A DNA stretch of 63,008 nt, filler included. It is 4 parts of 4 records of this genome, joined end to end, with 100 filler letters (N's around TTAATTAATTAA, not from the genome) between each part and the next. Parts side by side here need not be neighbours in the genome. Positions count along the whole stretch, not along the records: positions 51,481 to 63,008 come from DRR723986_10420; 3 more parts are not named here. One strand, 5' to 3'. Shown in pieces: positions 57,218 to 63,008 of the stretch. Every line of letters begins with the position of its first letter. Position 1 is the first letter of the stretch. Position numbers and translations under genes: made by a program. The notes under the pieces were generated by a model. That model saw only the letters and a list, made by a program, of their open reading frames with translations, was not told the origin of the DNA and did no database searches.

Positions 57218-60200
57218 TTACCGAGAGGACCGAACGATGTGGCGTTCGATCTCCAACCTGTAGGTTCCCCGCCCGCGCCACGCGCGGCGGATGTCTTTCT
57301 CAAGCTCCCGAAGGCGGGCGCGCGCAAGGGCGGCGTCCTCTCCGGGGGCCAGCGTGTAGGTCAGCCGCAGATAGGATGGCGTGGCGGCGATCTGCCCGAC
57401 CAGCCCGCGCACCGCCGTATCCAGATGTCCGACCGCATCCGCCTGCCCCGGCACGAAGGCCGCGGCGGCAAGGTCGATCTTCACCAGCTTGCCAAGCGCC
57501 ACGCCGAAGTTCAGGCGCGTCATCTTGCCCGCCGTCACCCGGATGTTGCGCGGGTTTTCGGTGGTCACACGGAAGCCCGTGGGCAGGCTGCGCGTGTCCA
57601 GCTTCAGCTGGAAGTTGGCGCCGATGTCGCGCGGCAGGGCGGCACAGGGCACGCTGTAGCGGCCGAATTCATCGGTGGTGATGATCGTCCCGTCCGGCGT
57701 CACGAGGCGCACGCCCGGCACGCCCGGTTCCGTCAGGTCGGGGCGCTGCGGCTCGGGGCTCAGCTTGCCGCCCTTGCCGCTGACGATGTCATCGCGGCGG
57801 ATCGGTTCGGCGAGCGTTCCCGGCCCGTCCTGATAGCCGTTGCCGTTCCTGTCGTGGAAGACCTTCCCGATGATGTCGGAGCAGTCGAAGACATGCTCTG
57901 GCTCGACCTCCACCGTCGCCTCGGCCACGTTCGACAGCCTGCGGCCCGTCGCGTGATCCATCCACGTCCGGTTGGTGCGCGGGCCGAAGCTGCCGGTGCG
58001 CGTGACGCGGGCGGCGAAGGTCACCGTGGCCGTGGCATTTGCGGCCAGATCGGTGCGCCACGTCAGCGTCCCCGCCCCGCGCACGGGGTCCTGCGCCACG
58101 CCGTTCACCTTGGCCGACCCGGGCGTATAGACCATGCCGGTGGGCAGGCGGTCGGTGATGCGCGTGTCGACGTAGTCGTTCAGCGTGTCGTTGCGGAAGG
58201 TCAGCGTGTAGTTGACCGTCTCGCCGAAGACAGCGGTGCGCCGGTCGGCCTGCTTGGTCGCCACGACGTCGCGCGCCCCGCCGCATTGCATCAGCGGGAT
58301 GTTGTTGTTGATGACGAAGGGATCGCCCGCCTCGAAGACGAAGGTCTGCACGAAGGGGTTCGCCCCCGCCGCGAAGTCGATCAGCACGCCGGATGTGCCC
58401 GCGACCGCCGACCCCAGCGCCGCCGGATTGGCCGGCAGCAGGGTCGTCGCGTCCAGAGGCCCGCCCGGCAGGCGGCTGGTCGAGGGGGTGCCGGTCGAGG
58501 GATAGCCGAAGCGCAGCGTGTAGCTGCCCGGCGCCGAGACGTGGAACTGGTAGAAGCCCTGCGACCCGTCGCGCACCACGGTGATCGGCCCGCTGGTGCC
58601 CACGCCGGTCTGGGTGAAGCCGCCGCCGGTGACCGTCACCAGTCCGCCGGTCAGGATGCGCCCGTCCTCCTCGCAGTAGAAATAGCCGGTCGGGTCGTAG
58701 TCCTCGGCGTCGGGGATGCCGTCGCCGTCGCGGTCGCCGGTTTCCAGCCGGTCCGGGATGCCGTCGCCGTCGCGGTCCGTCGTCAACACCGTCACCTGCG
58801 CCGTGGTCGGCGTGGTCAACTGGTCCGAGATCACCGAGGCGGTGTTCGGCTGCCCCGGCTGCCCGGAGGCGGTCGAATAGACCACGGTCAGCGTGACGGT
58901 CCCGGTCTCTCCGGGGGCCAGTTCGGCGCCATCGGCCATGGTCACGATATCCGACACACCGTCATAGCGCGCGTTCGGCGCCGGTTCCCCGGCGAAGCCC
59001 GAGAGGCTGATTTCCGGCGGGTAGGCCTCTGTCAGCGGTTCTGCCGGGGCAAGGAAGGCGGCAAGATCGTCGCTGACGCGGATGCCGGTCTGCGTCAGGT
59101 TTCCGGTGTTCATGACGGTGATGGTAAAGGTCACCTGCTCGACCGTCGGGAAGAGGTTCACCGGGGTGCCCGCCTCTTTCGTGATCTCGAAGGAGGGCAG
59201 CGGCACGATGGCGGCCACGGTCGGATCGTCGATCCCCACCCCGTCGTCGTCCGAGATGTCGGTGATCGCCCCGCCCTGCGGCGTGTCGCCCCGCGCCACG
59301 GCAGAGTTCTGCACCCCGCCCGCGTCGAAATCGGCCAGCGTCAGCGTGCCTGTGGCGGTGTAGATCGCGGTTTCTCCGGGGCGCAGTGTGCCCTGCGGCG
59401 AAGGCGTATCGCCATCGGCCGAGACGAAGACCGGCGTCAGGTCGCGCGGGCCATTGCCGTCCAGATCGCTCATGACGTCGGTGACGGTGATCCCGGTCAG
59501 GGTGACGCTGCCGCTGTTGGTTACGGCGATCTCGAAGGCCACCGGGTCGCCTGCGGCCTCTCCGACCTCGGTGACGGTCTTGAGGACGGTCAGGCCGGGC
59601 GTGGGCAGGATCGTGATCTCGGTCGGGTCGTCGGTGGTGTTGCCGTCGCCCAGATCCTCATCCGCCGAAAGATCGGTGACGGGGGTTCCATCGGGCGCCT
59701 CGCCGCGCACCAGCGCGATATTGGCGATGCCGCCCGCGTCCACGTCGTCCTGCGTGAGTTCGTGACTGACCTGCCAGATCGCAACGTCGCCGGGGGCGAG
59801 GCTCGCGGGCACCGAGAGCGCCTCGGGGCTGGCCACGAGCGCCGTGCCATCGGCGCGGGTCATGCTGTCCGAGACCGAAAGATCGCTCAGGGCCAGATTG
59901 CCGGTGTTCGTCGCCTCGATCCGGAAGATCACCGTATCGCCGGCAAGGCTGCCGGTCTGCGCGACGCTCTTGATCACCGTCAGCGCGGGCGCGTCGGCCG
60001 GGGTGAAGACGGTCCCGTCCCCGGTCCGGTCGCCATCCGTGTCGATGCCGTCATCCGACAGGTCGGTGACCGGCGCGCCGTTCGGATCGCGGGCCGCCAC
60101 CGTCACCTGGTTGGTCAGGCCGCCATTGTCCAGATCGTCCTGGGTCAGCGTGCGCTGCGCGGTGTAGACCCATGTCTCGCCCACATCCAGCGCCCCATCC

Positions 60201-63008
60201 GCATCGGCGTCGGAGCCGGGCAGCAGCGCGAAGGGTGCATCCAGCGCAACGGGCGCGCCGGTTCCATCGGTCATCACATCGGTGATCGAGACATCCGTCA
60301 GCGTCACGTTGCCGGTGTTCTCCACCGTCAGGCGGTAACGGACGGGCCGTCCCTCGGCCGAGACCGTGCCGGGCACCAGAACCTTGGTCGCCTCCAGCGA
60401 GGGCACCTGTACGGGACCGCGCGTGGTGATGGCATCGGAGGCGCTGACCGGCGTGCCATCCGGGCCAAGGCCGGTGACGGTCGCGCTGTTGTCCTGCGAC
60501 CCGGCATCCACCATGGCCTGCGTGACCGTCAGCGACAGTCCGCAGCTGCGGTCCACCTCGCCGGGGGCCAGCACCCCGATGGCGCAGGCGTACTCCGGAC
60601 GCAGGGGATCGCGCACCGTCAGGCCGGTCAGAGAGACGTTCCCGGTGTTCTCGACCGCGAAGCCGTAAGTGAGCGTCGATCCGACGCCGCCGAAGGGCGA
60701 GGGGTTGGCGGTCTTCACCAGCGACAGGCCGGGCACGCCCTCGGGAAGGTCCACCGGCAGGACGACCTCATCCGTCACGGCGCCGCCCTGCGGATCGACG
60801 GCCCGCACCGTCGCGGTGTTCACGAGGCTGCCGCCGTCGATGTCCGACTGGCGCACCGTGTAGTCACCCGCGCAGACCAACTGCTCGCCGGGCGCAAGAC
60901 TGTCCGAACGGCAGAGGAAGCCCGCGATCAGCGGATCCTGCGCCACGACATTCGTCAGGGTCTGGTTTCCGCTGTTCGTCACCGTCACGGTAAAGGTCAG
61001 GTCATGGCCCACGCCCGTGACCGGAAGCGGCGCGGCCGTCTTCGCGATCTCGAGCGCCGGGGTCAGGCTGCCATCCACCCGCACGAGGTCGGGCTGCGAC
61101 AGCACGACGGTCGCATCCGCGCCGAAGGTGGTGCGGGCGAAGGCTTCGTTCTGGATGAAGCCCCGGTCCAGATCCTCTTGCGTCACGGTGACAGAGGCCG
61201 TGCAGGTCACGCTTTCCCCGGCCACGAGGTCGGGATCGGCTTCGGTCGGGGTGAAACAGGCGATCTCTCCCACAAGCGTATCGCTGACCGTCACCGGGTT
61301 GACGAAGGCCCGTGTGCCCGAGTTGGTCACCACGAAGGTGAAGGGCACCGTTTCGCCCACCGCCGCGAACTCCGTCACTTCGGCGATCTTGTCGATGGAC
61401 AGGGCGGGCACGCCCTCGTTCGGGATGATCGCGTCGTCCAGTTCGGACGGGGTGTTGCCGTCGGTGGCAAAGGCCACGTTGGTGACGCTGCCAAGGTCCA
61501 CATCCGTCGCCGTCACCGCATATGTGGCGGTGCAGGTGTAGGTGTCTCCGGGGGCCAGACCCGCATCCGGGAAGGCCGGGCAGATCATGTCTTCGGGGGC
61601 GATCAGCGTATCGACCACGCGCACCGGGTCGGTGATCGTGACGTTGCCGGTGTTGGTGGTCACGAAGCTGTAGACCGCCTCTGCCCCGGTGACGAAATCC
61701 TCCGAGGGCATGTCGGGCGCGATCTTGTCCAGCGTCAGCGCCGGGCGCTGCGTCGCCGTGATCACCGCCGTCGAGGGGTCCGACACGGTCCCATCCAGCG
61801 TGGCCGTCGCGGTGTTGGAGATCAGGCCCGCGTCGATGTCCTCTTGCGTGACCACAAGCGTCGCAGCGCAGGTCGACGTCGCACCCGGAGCCAGTCCCTC
61901 TGCGGGCAGCGGCGCGCAGAGGGGCGACACGCCGCGCTCCGCCAGCAGCGGATCGTCCACGGCGGGCGTTCCGGTCAGGGTCACGTTGCCGGTGTTCGTC
62001 AGCGTGAAGACAAAGGGCACCTCTGCACCCACGGCATCGACGCTGGCCGGGGCGTCCGGGGCGAAGTCCTTGGCCAGCGACAGCGCGGGCGCCGAGGGCA
62101 CCTCGTTCACCGCAGGGGCGTCGGGACGGTCGGAGATCGGGCTGCCGACCGGCGGCGTGGCCTGCGCGCGCAGGCTGTTCGCGATCCCGCCCGCATCCAC
62201 ATCCGCCTGCGTCAGGCGGTGCGTGACGGTGTAGGTCGCGACCTCTCCGGGCAGCAGCGTATCGGCGCCCGACCCCAGCGTGGCCCCGGCAAACACCGGA
62301 ACCGGCGCGGGATCGACCAGCGTTCCATCGAGACGCGTCAGCCGTTCCTCGGTGATCGCCACCTCGGTCAGGGTCACGTTGCCCGCATTGGTCAGGGTGA
62401 TGGTGAACTCCGCCACCTGCCCCACCGCGGATGCGGGGGTGGTGAGCGCCTTCTCGGCCAGAAGCTCGGGCGCCGGGGTGATCGGCACGAGGGCGGGATT
62501 GTCGTCGCCGTTGCCGTCGATGCCATCGTCCGATTTATCGAGCACGAGGTCGTCGCTGGAATCCTGCGCCCGCGCGGTCACGCTGTTGCTGAGACCGCCC
62601 GCGTCCAGATCCGCCTGCGTCAACACGTAGTCGACGCGGTAGGTCCATGCCTCGCCCGGCAGCATCACGCCGGCCTCGCCCGTATCGCCGCCGGTCAGAA
62701 CCGGCGCGGGCAGGTCGACGGAGGTGCCATCGTTGCGACGCATGTTCTCGATCAGCGTGACGTTGCGCAGGGACACATTGCCTTGGTTGATGACCGTGAT
62801 GTCGAAGCCGGCGGTCTCGCCCGCCACCGGCGGGGCCGAGAGGCCGCTGTCGTCCAGCACCTTCAGCGCTTCGATCGCCGGAGCAGCCGCCTGCACACTG
62901 ACCGCGATGGTATCCTCGCCGGTGACGGGGGCGCCGTCCGGGTCGGTTCCGATGGCGGTGACGGTGTTGGTCAGCGGGTCCTGCGCGTCGATATCCGCCT
63001 GCGTCACC
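57218..63008 (-). CDS. Giant DUF11-like (conserved repeat domain) Ig-repeat surface protein (5' end beyond the window)
   Basis: >1929 aa open frame; about 12 repeats with K...NxGNxxL...D...TQxDxDxG..N; two DRDGDGIPD motifs; SdrD-B-like GKVFHDRNGNGYQD...EPGVPGV...TTDEFGRY domain. Confidence 0.9.
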   Translation of the reverse strand, partial: VTQADIDAQDPLTNTVTAIGTDPDGAPVTGEDTIAVSVQAAAPAIEALKVLDDSGLSAPPVAGETAGFDITVINQGNVSLRNVTLIENMRRNDGTSVDLPAPVLTGGDTGEAGVMLPGEAWTYRVDYVLTQADLDAGGLSNSVTARAQDSSDDLVLDKSDDGIDGNGDDNPALVPITPAPELLAEKALTTPASAVGQVAEFTITLTNAGNVTLTEVAITEERLTRLDGTLVDPAPVPVFAGATLGSGADTLLPGEVATYTVTHRLTQADVDAGGIANSLRAQATPPVGSPISDRPDAPAVNEVPSAPALSLAKDFAPDAPASVDAVGAEVPFVFTLTNTGNVTLTGTPAVDDPLLAERGVSPLCAPLPAEGLAPGATSTCAATLVVTQEDIDAGLISNTATATLDGTVSDPSTAVITATQRPALTLDKIAPDMPSEDFVTGAEAVYSFVTTNTGNVTITDPVRVVDTLIAPEDMICPAFPDAGLAPGDTYTCTATYAVTATDVDLGSVTNVAFATDGNTPSELDDAIIPNEGVPALSIDKIAEVTEFAAVGETVPFTFVVTNSGTRAFVNPVTVSDTLVGEIACFTPTEADPDLVAGESVTCTASVTVTQEDLDRGFIQNEAFARTTFGADATVVLSQPDLVRVDGSLTPALEIAKTAAPLPVTGVGHDLTFTVTVTNSGNQTLTNVVAQDPLIAGFLCRSDSLAPGEQLVCAGDYTVRQSDIDGGSLVNTATVRAVDPQGGAVTDEVVLPVDLPEGVPGLSLVKTANPSPFGGVGSTLTYGFAVENTGNVSLTGLTVRDPLRPEYACAIGVLAPGEVDRSCGLSLTVTQAMVDAGSQDNSATVTGLGPDGTPVSASDAITTRGPVQVPSLEATKVLVPGTVSAEGRPVRYRLTVENTGNVTLTDVSITDVMTDGTGAPVALDAPFALLPGSDADADGALDVGETWVYTAQRTLTQDDLDNGGLTNQVTVAARDPNGAPVTDLSDDGIDTDGDRTGDGTVFTPADAPALTVIKSVAQTGSLAGDTVIFRIEATNTGNLALSDLSVSDSMTRADGTALVASPEALSVPASLAPGDVAIWQVSHELTQDDVDAGGIANIALVRGEAPDGTPVTDLSADEDLGDGNTTDDPTEITILPTPGLTVLKTVTEVGEAAGDPVAFEIAVTNSGSVTLTGITVTDVMSDLDGNGPRDLTPVFVSADGDTPSPQGTLRPGETAIYTATGTLTLADFDAGGVQNSAVARGDTPQGGAITDISDDDGVGIDDPTVAAIVPLPSFEITKEAGTPVNLFPTVEQVTFTITVMNTGNLTQTGIRVSDDLAAFLAPAEPLTEAYPPEISLSGFAGEPAPNARYDGVSDIVTMADGAELAPGETGTVTLTVVYSTASGQPGQPNTASVISDQLTTPTTAQVTVLTTDRDGDGIPDRLETGDRDGDGIPDAEDYDPTGYFYCEEDGRILTGGLVTVTGGGFTQTGVGTSGPITVVRDGSQGFYQFHVSAPGSYTLRFGYPSTGTPSTSRLPGGPLDATTLLPANPAALGSAVAGTSGVLIDFAAGANPFVQTFVFEAGDPFVINNNIPLMQCGGARDVVATKQADRRTAVFGETVNYTLTFRNDTLNDYVDTRITDRLPTGMVYTPGSAKVNGVAQDPVRGAGTLTWRTDLAANATATVTFAARVTRTGSFGPRTNRTWMDHATGRRLSNVAEATVEVEPEHVFDCSDIIGKVFHDRNGNGYQDGPGTLAEPIRRDDIVSGKGGKLSPEPQRPDLTEPGVPGVRLVTPDGTIITTDEFGRYSVPCAALPRDIGANFQLKLDTRSLPTGFRVTTENPRNIRVTAGKMTRLNFGVALGKLVKIDLAAAAFVPGQADAVGHLDTAVRGLVGQIAATPSYLRLTYTLAPGEDAALARARLRELEKDIRRAWRGRGTYRLEIERHIVRSSR
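58713..58777. repeat. 23-bp direct repeat (period 42 nt) encoding tandem DRDGDGIP Ca-binding-like motifs
   Basis: GGGATGCCGTCGCCGTCGCGGTC at 58713-58735 and 58755-58777. Confidence 0.85.

Noticed and set aside
58713-58777. 23-bp direct repeats as a possible mini-CRISPR
   Set aside because: Only two copies with a 19-nt spacer, in frame within a CDS and encoding DRDGDGIP; no cas genes

Overview
The window is not one continuous locus. It is four contigs joined by identical 100-nt artificial linkers (N-run + TTAATTAATTAA + N-run at 27280-27379, 35060-35159 and 51381-51480), so gene adjacency across these linkers is meaningless. Contig 1 (1-27279) looks Rhodobacteraceae/roseobacter-like. It carries secB-fxsA, Tim44-mltA-Smr, an MFS transporter, a wza/yjbF/yjbH polysaccharide-export block and a large part of a roseobacter-type flagellar cluster (motB to fliQ). 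Contig 2 (27380-35059) is an alphaproteobacterial-like sugar/sugar-acid catabolic cluster: ABC ATPase, enolase-superfamily enzyme, rhamnose-mutarotase-like, DHDPS-like and FAH-like genes, then DUF2270 and a convergent DUF2264 plus peptide-type ABC ATPase. Contig 3 (35160-51380) is gammaproteobacterial housekeeping DNA (sucD, htpG, gpsA, sixA, folE, prmB, aroC, tusA, epmC, pdxB, msrB, 3' end of a tRNA-Gly). Contig 4 (51481-63008) carries an acidic low-complexity protein, an Xre/MbcA-RES toxin-antitoxin pair with a visible operator, and the best candidate for an uncharacterised system. That candidate is a giant (>1929 aa) DUF11-like Ig-repeat surface protein with a recurring Lys/Asp/Asn (isopeptide-like) pattern, closely followed by a ~1158-aa signal-peptide-bearing outer-membrane beta-barrel protein with a SprA-like motif. 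All family assignments come from motif recognition by eye; no searches were run.
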